From positions 1 through 58,982 of IMG/VR virus record IMGVR_UViG_3300007539_000021: a stretch of 58,982 bases of DNA; one strand, written 5' to 3'. Both the position numbers and the translations under genes were made by a program. How positions within the stretch are numbered: the first letter of the stretch is position 1; every line of letters begins with the position of its first letter. The notes below the pieces were generated by a model. The model did not search any database and was not told the DNA's origin. It was given only the letters and a program-made list of their open reading frames with translations. The DNA comes from a virus (Duplodnaviria > Caudoviricetes). This document shows positions 8,593 to 18,003 of the stretch, piece after piece.

Positions 8593-9504
8593 TTAGCTTG
8601 ACCCCGGAGAGCCGAAGATACCTAGAGGGTCTGATACTCCAAAGGAATATCTTTCTCTAGCCTTGTATCTAACGTTTCCTGTGTCAAAATCCCCGTCCAT
8701 GCTTGTAGTCATTGGACTTCTTACAAAGTGCTTCATTCCGTCAGGAATGTCAGTAGTAATGAAGAAGGCATTAGGGTCAGTTAAATAATGGTTAACTGAG
8801 AAACCTTCTGGAATAACACCATTAGTTTTAATAGCGTTAATGTCATTATCTGCTGTTCCTACTCGGTAGTCACTTTGTAGCAGTCTAGTTGCTACAAACT
8901 GAAGAGCAGAAGGTATGATTAACTTTCTTGCTCTGGCAGCGATTTTCAGACCTCTTTCGTCTGTGTATCCACCGATTTGAATAATTGCATCTTCTAAAGA
9001 TACTTCGTTCAAATCAGCACCTGTGGCAGGTCTATTACTATTTGTACCACCATTAACTAATGGGTGTGCTGTACTAAATAGAGTCACACCATCACCACCA
9101 TTAAAGGAAGTAAAACCATTGTTCAAAGGAACAACACTTTTTACTTGCTTGGTGTAAGCCATAGCTCTAGCTAAAGCTTTAGTGTATCTAGCTGAAAGCG
9201 AAACATAGAGGTTATCCTCCATTGCTTCTTCAGTTATAGCATATCCCATTGCAATAGTTTCGTGAGTATAACGAGCTACAAAAGACTCTTGAGCTGTGTC
9301 ATAACTGATAGCAGCACCCTCGTCTTTAACAGGAGCAGCTCCGAAACCTGATAACTTTAACTCTTCCTCGAAACTTCTTTCAGAGTTTTCAGTCACGTAG
9401 ATATCTTCGTGCTCGTTTTCGTAGTTGTTGTACTCTTCGCCAAATAATGCGTTAAGACCCGGAAGGAGCTGTTTAAGCTCATTTGCTCTTGATATAGCAG
9501 CCAT
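8593..9504 (-). CDS. Major capsid protein (HK97 fold, Mu gpT-like family)
   Basis: MAAISRANELKQLLPGLNALFGEEY...ARYTHETIA...GDFDTGNVRYKARERYSFG; size, position and terminator fit. Confidence 0.9.
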   Translation of the reverse strand: MAAISRANELKQLLPGLNALFGEEYNNYENEHEDIYVTENSERSFEEELKLSGFGAAPVKDEGAAISYDTAQESFVARYTHETIAMGYAITEEAMEDNLYVSLSARYTKALARAMAYTKQVKSVVPLNNGFTSFNGGDGVTLFSTAHPLVNGGTNSNRPATGADLNEVSLEDAIIQIGGYTDERGLKIAARARKLIIPSALQFVATRLLQSDYRVGTADNDINAIKTNGVIPEGFSVNHYLTDPNAFFITTDIPDGMKHFVRSPMTTSMDGDFDTGNVRYKARERYSFGVSDPLGIFGSPGSS

Positions 9505-9516
9505 AATTTATTCTCC

Positions 9517-10104
9517 TTATCCGATACCTGTTGCGTTAAGCAACTGATGTCCTACGTTAAACATTACAAGTACATCAGTTTTTGCATCACCAATTGCACT
9601 ATCAGGACCATCGACAAAGTCGATAATCTTTAAAGGTAGTGTATTGGTAGTGTTAGCTGTACTCCCATCTACTGCATTTTTGCTTGTGCCAATAGAAGTA
9701 GACCCTGCAGTTTGTACAACTGCTACGTTCTTGCCTAAGTCATCTTGGTCTAAAGCCTCGTCTGATTGCATTTGCATAATCAGAAAAGGGTCAGAAGCAA
9801 CGTATGCCATAATATCATCTGCTGCTGTACTAGCAGGATAATATTGATTAAAAGTAGTTTGACCGGTTGAAGGGTCAGTATACGAACAACCTAAAAATAC
9901 TCCAATAGGAGTCATGGAAGTAGTTCCTGTATCCTTTTGGATTGTAGTGTTTGGGTTGTTGTCTGCCCACTTAACAAAGTCACCATAAAAAATATCAGTA
10001 GCATAAGCGTTGTTAATTTTATAGTGAGTAATCTTCGCATTGTAAGCACACGATACTAACGACCCCATTGGTCTTGCACCCATAGGTGAAGCTGTTGAAG
10101 CCAT
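9517..10104 (-). CDS. Putative capsid cement/minor head protein
   Basis: IFYGD...GVFLGCSYTDP...LPLKIIDFVD; directly upstream of MCP. Confidence 0.65.
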   Translation of the reverse strand: MASTASPMGARPMGSLVSCAYNAKITHYKINNAYATDIFYGDFVKWADNNPNTTIQKDTGTTSMTPIGVFLGCSYTDPSTGQTTFNQYYPASTAADDIMAYVASDPFLIMQMQSDEALDQDDLGKNVAVVQTAGSTSIGTSKNAVDGSTANTTNTLPLKIIDFVDGPDSAIGDAKTDVLVMFNVGHQLLNATGIG

Positions 10105-10158
10105 AATTGTTTACTCCTCTGCAAATAGTTGCAGAAAAAAATTATTAATTAAAAGACT

Positions 10159-10683
10159 CTATGAGTCTTTACCAAAAGTCGTTTTTGATTTGCGTTCGTA
10201 AACTTGTTTAGTTGCCATTCTACTATCTTGGTCTTTGAAGTAAGTGTTATCAACAGTTTCAACCTGTTGTTGTGCCATATCTGAAAAATGCTTTTCACGT
10301 GCTTTCGCTCGTTCTTCCGGCATTTTGCATAATAGCAATCCACCAACTTCTATATTACCTTTTGCTGCCCATTCTGAATTATGGTCTTGCATATGTATCT
10401 GTAGTTCTGGGTGGTCCTCTAAACGACAAGGTGACCAACCATCTCGAAAACTTTTAGATACATTAGGGTTGTCAGAATTTCCAACTAAGGAAGTTCTTAC
10501 CCATCTGAAAACCCACCCTTCTTGTGGGTCTGGGTCAGGTAGATTGGCTGTGTTTTCCCAATTCTGATAACGTTGGGTAGCCTCTCGGCTATCTAATCCC
10601 CTAGGGGAACGCTCTTGGTCAGAGGAGTTCACAGAACTTTCCTCCACTTCATTTTCATTTGATGTGTTATCTTGCTCTGTCAT
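10159..10683 (-). CDS. Conserved head-module protein
   Basis: PDPQEGWVFRWVRTS...NVSK...GGLLLCKMP motif between scaffold and capsid genes. Confidence 0.7.
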   Translation of the reverse strand: MTEQDNTSNENEVEESSVNSSDQERSPRGLDSREATQRYQNWENTANLPDPDPQEGWVFRWVRTSLVGNSDNPNVSKSFRDGWSPCRLEDHPELQIHMQDHNSEWAAKGNIEVGGLLLCKMPEERAKAREKHFSDMAQQQVETVDNTYFKDQDSRMATKQVYERKSKTTFGKDS

Positions 10684-11708
10684 ACTTGCTCCTTTAATAA
10701 TTGATTTGCATACTGCTCCGGACTTATACCAAGTTGTCGAGCTATCTTAACTTGAGTCTGGGTCAGACGTACTTGCGAGGGTTTAGAGTTTCCGGTGTTC
10801 CTCGTGGCACCGGCAACAACTGTTTGAGGTTGTCTATCTTTTGTTTCAACCACTTCTTCCGAAGGTGTTTGTTGAATACCAAAAAAATTCGGGAACTTAT
10901 TACGCATTTCTTTATCTACTTCTGCATAATACTTCTCTGCTTCTTTAGCAGGGTCTATGCCATTAGTTCTTAATGCGTTGTCAACATACATAGCATATGA
11001 TGACATTTCTTTGTGGATTGGCTCAGTACCCATAAACCATGGGTTTTTAGCTGCCCACCTTTGTAAATCTTCATCTATTTGTTGAGGTTGTTGTTCAGGT
11101 TTTTCCTCAACCGGCAAGTCATTAAGTATTTGTGTTTGTACTTGCTGAGACATATTGTTAGCTGTTTGCTCTGCAAGAACTGCTTTAGAAAGTTGTTCTT
11201 GAGCCTCAGCCATTTTATCTGCGTCACCTGCCTCATAAGCAGACTTATACATTGCTTGTGCATTTTGTTTTGCCCATAAAGCATTGTTTGCTGCTTGTTT
11301 ATTTAATACTTCTCCACCTTGGTCTACTAAAGCTTGTAGCTTTTTATTTTCTTCCATAAGAGCTGACAGTCTTTGTATTGCTTCTTGCGACTCTCTAGTA
11401 GCCTGTTCTTTAGCTCTACGTTCCTCATGGTAGTCGTATTTTAATTTATTAATTCTGTCACCGGCTCTCTTAGAGTAGTCGGTTATCTCAGCATCTAGCG
11501 TGTCATCATCAACTTCTACTTCTTCAACGCTTTCATCTCGTGGAGGTCGTCTATCTTCTGCAGGAACATCATCTATAATCTCAACAGATAAATCTTCTGG
11601 AACTGTATTATCGACTTCCATTGTTTTGCCAAAGAATTTTTCTTCTTCGGACGTGGTAGGCTGACTATCTATAATCGGCTCTTCATTTATGATTTCAGTA
11701 TTGCTCAT
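10680..11708 (-). CDS. Putative capsid scaffolding protein
   Basis: Acidic N-terminus, long coiled coil, WAAKNPWF, C-terminal VRLTQTQVKIARQLGISPEQYA. Confidence 0.75.
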   Translation of the reverse strand: MSNTEIINEEPIIDSQPTTSEEEKFFGKTMEVDNTVPEDLSVEIIDDVPAEDRRPPRDESVEEVEVDDDTLDAEITDYSKRAGDRINKLKYDYHEERRAKEQATRESQEAIQRLSALMEENKKLQALVDQGGEVLNKQAANNALWAKQNAQAMYKSAYEAGDADKMAEAQEQLSKAVLAEQTANNMSQQVQTQILNDLPVEEKPEQQPQQIDEDLQRWAAKNPWFMGTEPIHKEMSSYAMYVDNALRTNGIDPAKEAEKYYAEVDKEMRNKFPNFFGIQQTPSEEVVETKDRQPQTVVAGATRNTGNSKPSQVRLTQTQVKIARQLGISPEQYANQLLKEQV

Positions 11709-12109
11709 GCTCTTACTACTCCTGTTGGGTCATCAACGACTGCTTCCACAGTATCGTCATTTATTAAACGAAACTCTTGTCCATACATGACCATACGAGT
11801 ACCTGAGTAAGCTCTAAAGATTACCCAATCTCCTTTTTGACACCAAGGTCCTGAAGGAAATCTTTGTTTATCTTTATAGGCTTCAGGTCCAATCTTTAAG
11901 ACATATCCACATATATTAGATACTTCTTCGTCTTTGATTGTTTGTGAGGCTTTAATAATACCACCCTCCGTCTTTTCATCTGCTTGTGGCATAGCTACTA
12001 ATATCTTCCAACCTTTAGGGTCAGGTAGCTGTGTCTTAACATCTTCTTTTACGGGTGGAGCTTTTACACTCTCTGGGTCTGGGATATTTTCTAGTTTTAC
12101 TTCACTCAT
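11705..12109 (-). CDS. groES: GroES-like co-chaperonin
   Basis: PKGWKILV...EKTEGGII...VLKIGP...KGDWVIF..YSGT...FRLINDD matches the Cpn10 pattern. Confidence 0.85.
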   Translation of the reverse strand: MSEVKLENIPDPESVKAPPVKEDVKTQLPDPKGWKILVAMPQADEKTEGGIIKASQTIKDEEVSNICGYVLKIGPEAYKDKQRFPSGPWCQKGDWVIFRAYSGTRMVMYGQEFRLINDDTVEAVVDDPTGVVRA

Positions 12110-12138
12110 ATATTTGCACGACTTTAGGAGTCGAGTAC

Positions 12139-12345
12139 CTATTCACGCTCTTCATGTCTTTTCTTCCAATCCGACATTTCACGCTCTGCAAGGGATAATC
12201 CCTCGATAATTCCACATAATCTTTTATAGTCAGGGTAATCTTTTAGATTGCCTGTTGCTATATGTTGTTCATGCTCCCTAATGATATCATTTAGCCTTCT
12301 CTTTAAAAACTGTGAAAGTGATTGCTCTTTGACATCATTACTCAT
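12139..12345 (-). CDS. Small conserved protein between portal and GroES
   Basis: IATGNLKDYPDYKRLCGIIEGL motif; overlaps portal stop. Confidence 0.7.
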   Translation of the reverse strand: MSNDVKEQSLSQFLKRRLNDIIREHEQHIATGNLKDYPDYKRLCGIIEGLSLAEREMSDWKKRHEERE

Positions 12346-14818
12346 TCTTATTGACATCTTCGACTATTTGTCTAGCTATGTCAATACCTTTTTGGAAATC
12401 TTCTCTTGCCTCTGCCTTTCTAGTTTCATCAACTTCTAGCAAATCACTAGCAACCTGCTGTCCTATTTTAGCTCCGGCTATTTGTTCTTGAGATTGAATT
12501 CTTTCTCTTTCAATTTCATCTCTGTTAATTGCTTTCTCTGCATCAAGCTGTAGCCTTGCAGAACTCTCTGCAATCTTTCTTTGTACTTCAGCTTCTTTAA
12601 CTGCAATCTCTCTATCTTTCATTTGCAGTAATGGGTCTTGCTGTTGCTGTGCAATTCTTTCTTGTTGCTCTTTAGCTTGTGAAGTTATAGCAACTCTTTG
12701 TGCAGCTTCTGCAACTAATTCAGATATACGCTTCTCAACATCTGGTGGAATAGGCTCACCCTCTGGTGGTAGTTCAATACCCATTTCTCTTTCTACTTGT
12801 TTTCTAAACTTCATAGTTAAGTGTTGATTAACATACGCTGAAGCATTAGCCACAATGCTTTGTGCATTAGGACTTTGCTCAATACTTGCAGCGACCTCAG
12901 GATTTTGTTGAGCTGCAACAATAGTTTCAATATGAGCGTCATGGTCTTGGAACGGAAATGCTTTGACCGGTTGACCATTAATTAAATTTTGTACTGCAGT
13001 CACAGGGTCTACAGGTTTAATATCATCTGTATCAGGTATGATATCTTCTACGTTTCTTATGCCTAGTGTTTCTAGCATTTGTCTGTGTAGCTCAGGCATA
13101 TTATAAATCTGTGGAGCTGTAGTAGCTAACTGCATTGCAGCTTGATACTGCATAATTCTTTGTGCCATAGTTGAAGCATTAGGGTCAGAGACCGGTAGTA
13201 CATCTACTCTTTCATCAAAGTCCTCTACCTTTATAAACTCTTCTTCGTCCATCTCATATGGGTAAGAAGGCTCAGTAAAGTCTTTTACAATGCCAACTAG
13301 TATTTCAAATTCTTTTCTCATAGAAGCATGAAGTCTTGCTTGTACTGCTGACATAACTTTCATGTTTCTTTCTAACAAAGCTAAGGTAGTTCCAACCGGA
13401 GCTTGGTTATTCATGTCAGATACTTTCATATCATTCATACTTGCAAACCTTCTACCTTCTTCAACTATATTTTGTAGTAATTGATACAGCGTTTGCGAAG
13501 GCTCTTTGTATGGTAAGAAAGTAATATTATCCCTGATAGCACCACCGGGGACATCAACATCTCTAAACTCTCCGGGCATGATAGGAGTATCATCTCCTTT
13601 GACTCTCAAGCCTCTAGCTTTAAGACCACCCGGCAAGTTAGATAAAGTACCGGCATCAACTAATTGTCTAAGTATTGAAGTTGCTGACTTAGCTAAACCA
13701 CCAACCATGTGTATCAAACCAAAGCCATAAAACCCTAGACCCGGCAAGTATTGGTAGTGTACGAAGTGCATACGTCTTAGTTTCTTAGGGTCATTCTCGT
13801 AATAGTTTCTTCTAATACTAAGTATTGTTCCACTTGGATAATCTATAGTGACAACATAAGGCAAAGCTATTCCGGTCATCTCACCATTAGCCATGTCCTC
13901 AAACCCTTTTAAATCAAGGTCTACCTGCATTTCTAAAAGAGTATGCCTATCATCAAAGTTATAAGTATTGCTCTCGCCTGTCATCTCGTCATACTTCTTG
14001 CGTATATCGGATTGATTATCAGACGGCTCAGGTATATCTATGTCACGATAAAATCCTGCTACCTGACTCTTTCTTATTTCATTCGTAGACTTGTGCATTA
14101 CATGGGTTGCACGTTGACAAGTTTCTAAATCACTTGCTCCATAATTAACTACAACATCTTCTGCCGGAACAAATAAAGAAGCAGGTCTTTCTAAGTTTGG
14201 GTCGTAATAAACCTTTCTAAATGCAGAGCCGGCAAGTGGCAAGGAGAACAACATCTTTTCCGTTTCTGTCCTGTATTCTGACATCTGATATGTCAACAAG
14301 AAGTTTAGATAATCTTGTACTCGACCTGCTTGTTTGGTTTTATCTTCTGTTATCTTTCCAACAATCTTTGTTCTGACAGGTCCTTGTGCCGGAAACATTT
14401 CAGCAATAGATTGAGATTGAAACCTAATTACTGCTTCACTAAGCATAGGGTGGAATACTCCACAGGCTCCTGCCCAAGGTGTAGTCCTTTCTTCAATCTT
14501 CAAACCTAATTGGTCTAAGCCTTTTACATAGGTCTCTTCCCATTCAGAACGTGAGTCTTTGTCTGCTTGATATTGGGAAATCAAATCGCCACCCAAGACA
14601 TTCAAGTCATCTTCTGACATCAAGTCTGCAAGGTTTGCATTGAAACCAGATTGAATTACATTTTCAGACTCAGGGTCGAAATCAATAATCATTCCTCCGT
14701 CCTCCGTAGCTATTGCCACGGAGTCAGGATTATCTATGGAGATTGATAACTCTTCCTGTTCTGGAAGTTCGTCCGTACCCTCGATAGGAGTAGCCGGAGT
14801 ATTTCTTTCTATTGCCAC
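12338..14818 (-). CDS. Portal protein
   Basis: 826 aa after TerL; SRSEWEE...PWAGACGVFHP...GSAFRKVYYD...GFYGFGLIH...APVGTTLALLE; C-terminal coiled coil. Confidence 0.9.
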   Translation of the reverse strand: MAIERNTPATPIEGTDELPEQEELSISIDNPDSVAIATEDGGMIIDFDPESENVIQSGFNANLADLMSEDDLNVLGGDLISQYQADKDSRSEWEETYVKGLDQLGLKIEERTTPWAGACGVFHPMLSEAVIRFQSQSIAEMFPAQGPVRTKIVGKITEDKTKQAGRVQDYLNFLLTYQMSEYRTETEKMLFSLPLAGSAFRKVYYDPNLERPASLFVPAEDVVVNYGASDLETCQRATHVMHKSTNEIRKSQVAGFYRDIDIPEPSDNQSDIRKKYDEMTGESNTYNFDDRHTLLEMQVDLDLKGFEDMANGEMTGIALPYVVTIDYPSGTILSIRRNYYENDPKKLRRMHFVHYQYLPGLGFYGFGLIHMVGGLAKSATSILRQLVDAGTLSNLPGGLKARGLRVKGDDTPIMPGEFRDVDVPGGAIRDNITFLPYKEPSQTLYQLLQNIVEEGRRFASMNDMKVSDMNNQAPVGTTLALLERNMKVMSAVQARLHASMRKEFEILVGIVKDFTEPSYPYEMDEEEFIKVEDFDERVDVLPVSDPNASTMAQRIMQYQAAMQLATTAPQIYNMPELHRQMLETLGIRNVEDIIPDTDDIKPVDPVTAVQNLINGQPVKAFPFQDHDAHIETIVAAQQNPEVAASIEQSPNAQSIVANASAYVNQHLTMKFRKQVEREMGIELPPEGEPIPPDVEKRISELVAEAAQRVAITSQAKEQQERIAQQQQDPLLQMKDREIAVKEAEVQRKIAESSARLQLDAEKAINRDEIERERIQSQEQIAGAKIGQQVASDLLEVDETRKAEAREDFQKGIDIARQIVEDVNKNE

Positions 14819-14826
14819 TTAGTACC

Positions 14827-16317
14827 TCAGTAATAGTCTGCGACTTTATTATGTTCTAAAGGCTCATCTTCCTCGTCACTCTCTAAAGGAATAAACCCAC
14901 CTTGTCTAAATCTTAGTAATGCTTGTGTACTGCTATCAACTAAATCGTCATGTTCCATATTAGGAAACCCTGCGAATTGTTCTATCACTTCTTCTCCCCA
15001 CCTTGTTTCTGGACACCATACTACACCAGAACTAAATAAATCTGAAACTGCATTTACTCTTGAAATCTTATCATTACCTCTGCTAGGTGTGTATTCCTGT
15101 ACCGGAATACCTATGGCACGTAGCTCAAATATCAGAGGCATACCTGCAGCCTTAGCCTCAACTATGAAAGCATCAGGTTTGTATTCGTTGTATTTATCCT
15201 GAGCTTTTCGTTTCAACTCAGGAAACTCTAGTCTTTCTTGGTAAGCGTCTAACAAAATAAGATTAGGTACAAACTTACCTTCATCATCTTCTTTGTAAAA
15301 GACACCCCAAGTAGTACAAGCAGAGAAGTCAGCTCTTTGATTTTTCATAAAGGCTGTATCCCAAGACTGAATAATAAACTCACAATCCGGTGGGTTTCTA
15401 CCTTCCCATACTTTCCACCATTCCCTTTTTATCAAAGCTCCCTCTTCGGAGGTAGGGTCTTGTTGGTATTGTGATTGCCATTTGCTATTAGGTAGCTCTG
15501 CTTTCAAAGCAGTTAATTCATCAAGCGACCAAAACTCTTCCCATAAAGGATTACCTGAGGGCAAGATAGCAGGGAGTTCTATAACTTCCCATTGGTCTGC
15601 ACCACCACGTTTAATACTCGCATCAACAACTTGACCGGTCAAATCCCTTTGGTGCCACCTTGTCATTACCACAATGATAGAGCCATTTGGTTGTAAACGT
15701 TGTCTCGGTCCTGAGGTATACCACTCATAGGTACGATTGAAAACATTTACATCTCCACTAGCACCTTCTTGTTCAGAGTGTGGGTCATCAATAATCAATA
15801 GGTCTGCACCTTTACCGGTCACGGCACCACCAACACCTATCGCAAAGTATTCGCCACCCTTATTGGTATTCCAACGTCCGGCAGCCTTACTATCTGATTG
15901 CAAACTGATATCAGGGTAGATAGCTTTATAGTCCTTACTGTTAACTAGGTTTCTTACCTTCCTTCCAAAACCCACAGCTAACTCTGCAGTATGGGCAGTC
16001 TGAATTATCTTCTTATCAGGATATTGCCCTAGAAACCACGCAGGGAGCAAATAAGAGGCGAATTCACTTTTGGTGTGTCTAGGAGGCATATTAATAATTA
16101 AACGCTTTAAATCGCCTCTAGCGACCTTCTCGAACGCTTCAGCCATTATCTCGTGATGTTTACCATGAATAAAGGCTGACCACATCTCGCCGACGAAACT
16201 TAAAAAATTCTGTTGCGACTGCTCACGTTTCTTCGCAGACTCTAACTCCTCAAGCAAATCAAGAAGCTCTAACTTACTATCAGAGTCTAAATTCTTTACT
16301 TGATTTAATATATTCAT
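14827..16317 (-). CDS. terL: Terminase large subunit
   Basis: RLIINMPPRHTKSEF (Walker A variant), LLIIDDP (Walker B), VMTRW, QSWDTA and HDDLVDS RNase H-like nuclease motifs. Confidence 0.95.
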   Translation of the reverse strand: MNILNQVKNLDSDSKLELLDLLEELESAKKREQSQQNFLSFVGEMWSAFIHGKHHEIMAEAFEKVARGDLKRLIINMPPRHTKSEFASYLLPAWFLGQYPDKKIIQTAHTAELAVGFGRKVRNLVNSKDYKAIYPDISLQSDSKAAGRWNTNKGGEYFAIGVGGAVTGKGADLLIIDDPHSEQEGASGDVNVFNRTYEWYTSGPRQRLQPNGSIIVVMTRWHQRDLTGQVVDASIKRGGADQWEVIELPAILPSGNPLWEEFWSLDELTALKAELPNSKWQSQYQQDPTSEEGALIKREWWKVWEGRNPPDCEFIIQSWDTAFMKNQRADFSACTTWGVFYKEDDEGKFVPNLILLDAYQERLEFPELKRKAQDKYNEYKPDAFIVEAKAAGMPLIFELRAIGIPVQEYTPSRGNDKISRVNAVSDLFSSGVVWCPETRWGEEVIEQFAGFPNMEHDDLVDSSTQALLRFRQGGFIPLESDEEDEPLEHNKVADYY

Positions 16318-16328
16318 AAACAATCCAT

Positions 16329-16417
16329 AGTATCTACTAAGTAAGTATCTACTTATTAAAAAAACTTAATGGGTATATATACCACTTGGTATATACTATA
16401 TAGGAGGTATATCTACT
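16329..16417. repeat. Cluster of near-palindromic (A/G)GTAT(A/C)TACT-like 10-12-mers upstream of terL
   Basis: agtatctact 16329 and 16344, ggtatatatacc 16372, ggtatatact 16388, ggtatatctact 16406. Confidence 0.7.
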
Positions 16418-16485
16418 GCTAGACTTTAACATAATATACCCTCTTCACATTCAACGCAATAACTTATTTAAAAAAAATATACTAT

Positions 16486-16657
16486 GGGGGGTATGGGACT
16501 CCTACCCTTAATCCACATTCGATTATATATATCAAACAAAAAGAGCTATCACTTTGCTATATAATAGGGGGGGGTATACCAAAGTTGGGTATCGAATGAG
16601 TAAATCACTATGTATAGAGTGACAAGCAAGTTGCCAATTACTCAACGGGGGTGGGGG
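16486..16657 (+). other. Oligo-G tracts in the terS-terL intergenic region (candidate pac/terminus region)
   Basis: G6 at 16486, G8 at 16567, G5-T-G5 at 16647 in AT-rich non-coding DNA; function inferred. Confidence 0.45.
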
Positions 16658-16777
16658 TCGCCTAGATTTTTCACTTTGATTTTGCTCAAGTGGTACCTAT
16701 CTTTCCCAATTACTGGGTAAAGCATAATTCCAGATGATCTGAGATTTCAGATGATGATAGCGAAATGAAATCTCTTA

Positions 16778-17281
16778 TTAGTGGTGGTCGTCTACGACTT
16801 CATTCTCTAGAAGTCTGAGTATCTCTGCCTCGATTGTTGAGGAGTCTCTCTGTTCTTTTACCTCGACTGTGTCTGTGAACATACCGGAGGTTTTACCTAG
16901 TAGTTCCAAAGACCTAACCCTACTTGCCGGAGTAGAGTCCTCGTTGTCTCCTCGACTCTCTGCAAGGAGCCGTTCTAAAACATAACTCCTCGTACGGATA
17001 GAGGAAGCTACTACACCCTCCTCTCGCTTACTGATAGCACGTTGTATGCTTAGGGAAATCTTAGGGTTAGCCAACATCTTGGAAGCTTCTACATTTACCC
17101 ATTTAGGAATGGAGCCGTTCTTGTTTAACTTCACGTCATAGACTTTTGCGTATGCTTCTTTGTAAGTTGTTTTTCCTTTTACTATCTCTTCAATAAAGGC
17201 TCTTTGTTTCGGAGTAAGTTCTGTTTCTGGTTTCGGTTTCGTGCCGACTATTTTTAGGTTGGGTTTTTTCTCATCAGTCAT
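16778..17281 (-). CDS. terS: Terminase small subunit
   Basis: LTPKQRAFIEE...YKEAY...ASKMLANPKI...RVRSLELLGKTSGMFTD TerS HTH pattern; upstream of terL; likely start MTDEKK. Confidence 0.8.
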   Translation of the reverse strand: MTDEKKPNLKIVGTKPKPETELTPKQRAFIEEIVKGKTTYKEAYAKVYDVKLNKNGSIPKWVNVEASKMLANPKISLSIQRAISKREEGVVASSIRTRSYVLERLLAESRGDNEDSTPASRVRSLELLGKTSGMFTDTVEVKEQRDSSTIEAEILRLLENEVVDDHH

Positions 17282-17310
17282 AAGAAATATTTTACCGGTA
17301 AACCTTTTCC
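17282..17310. promoter_or_regulatory. 30-bp palindromic motif, copy 1
   Basis: AAGAAATATTTTACCGGTAAACCTTTTCC abutting the terS start codon at the divergent junction. Confidence 0.65.
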
Positions 17311-17367
17311 TACGTAATGACCTCATAGTGATAGCGAATTAAAGGTGTTTCTTGAGGTGGAATTTAG

Positions 17368-17373
17368 TATAAT
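17368..17373 (+). promoter_or_regulatory. Putative early promoter -10 box
   Basis: Perfect TATAAT at the head of the plus-strand arm; no good -35 at canonical spacing. Confidence 0.5.
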
Positions 17374-17379
17374 TCTCTT

Positions 17380-17795
17380 ATGGACATGACGTTTTTCAGT
17401 ACCCAAAAATCAAGCAAGGACTTGAGGCTCGAACACGTCATAATTTTTGAGGAGGTGTCTATAGAAAAGTAGTTTTAATTTTTATCGGTAGTCTATTCGT
17501 ACAGACTCCGTGAAGGTCGTCCTAGTATTCTTTATTACCCAAAAACTAGGTCAGGTCGTGATGACGGATTAATGGAACAATCTCGAGCCGTACCTTAAAC
17601 ACCCTTACCTAACCGGTATATGGAGTATTGAAACAGATACGAAACCGGTAGGTCTCGAAAGCAAAGTGACAGCAATTGCTCCAACGAGACCGAGTCTTGA
17701 TGTTAAATAAACAGACCCTAAATAATTTTTTTTGCGACAGAAATTCCTAACCAAATTATTTGAGAGGGATAGCGTTTTGTTATCCCTTTCAAATT
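17380..17795 (+). ncRNA. Candidate large structured leader RNA
   Basis: Stems AUGACGU/ACGUCAU, UCAAG/CUUGA, AGUCU/AGACU, CCUAGU/ACUAGG, ACCGGU/ACCGGU, GGUCUCG/CGAGACC; long-range GGCUCGA/UCGAGCC; loop-loop UGGAGUA/UGCUCCA; no long ORF. Confidence 0.55.
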
Positions 17796-17799
17796 TCTT
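17758..17799 (+). terminator. Terminator-like hairpin ahead of hammerhead 1
   Basis: AUUUGAGAGGGAUAGC-GUUUU-GUUAUCCCUUUCAAAU then UUCUU (weak U tract). Confidence 0.5.
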
Positions 17800-17848
17800 A
17801 CTGTCACTAGGTGTGTGCCTAGTCTGAGGAAGCGAAAGCAGAAACAGT
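17800..17848 (+). ncRNA. Type III hammerhead ribozyme 1 (predicted GUC cleavage after 17805)
   Basis: Stem III ACUGU/ACAGU; stem I ACUAGG/CCUAGU with loop UGUGUG; core CUGAGGA; stem II A-GC-GAAA-GC-A; GAAA. Confidence 0.8.
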
Positions 17849-17877
17849 TAACCTATAAATATTTCTTAGGAGGAAAT

Positions 17878-18003
17878 ATGAAAATACAAATGACAGACGT
17901 TCATGTCTCTAAACTGAACAGACGTAATAGAAAGAAACCTATTGCGAAATTTAAACTTGAGAAATTCGACAATGAAATTCTCGTATCTAAGGAGGTGTAC
18001 TAA
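17878..18003 (+). CDS. Small basic hypothetical protein (41 aa)
   Basis: AGGAGG RBS, MKIQMTDVHVSKLNRRNRKK; TAATG coupling to the AAA gene. Confidence 0.7.
   Translation: MKIQMTDVHVSKLNRRNRKKPIAKFKLEKFDNEILVSKEVY

Noticed and set aside
16486-16657. Canonical G-quadruplex
   Set aside because: G-tract groups are separated by ~70-nt gaps, too long for a standard intramolecular G4
17645-17725. Pistol ribozyme or RNase P-like sequence within the leader (GUUAAAUA...GACCCUAA; AAAGUGACAGCAA)
   Set aside because: Only short resemblances; I could not build the required pairings or conserved regions
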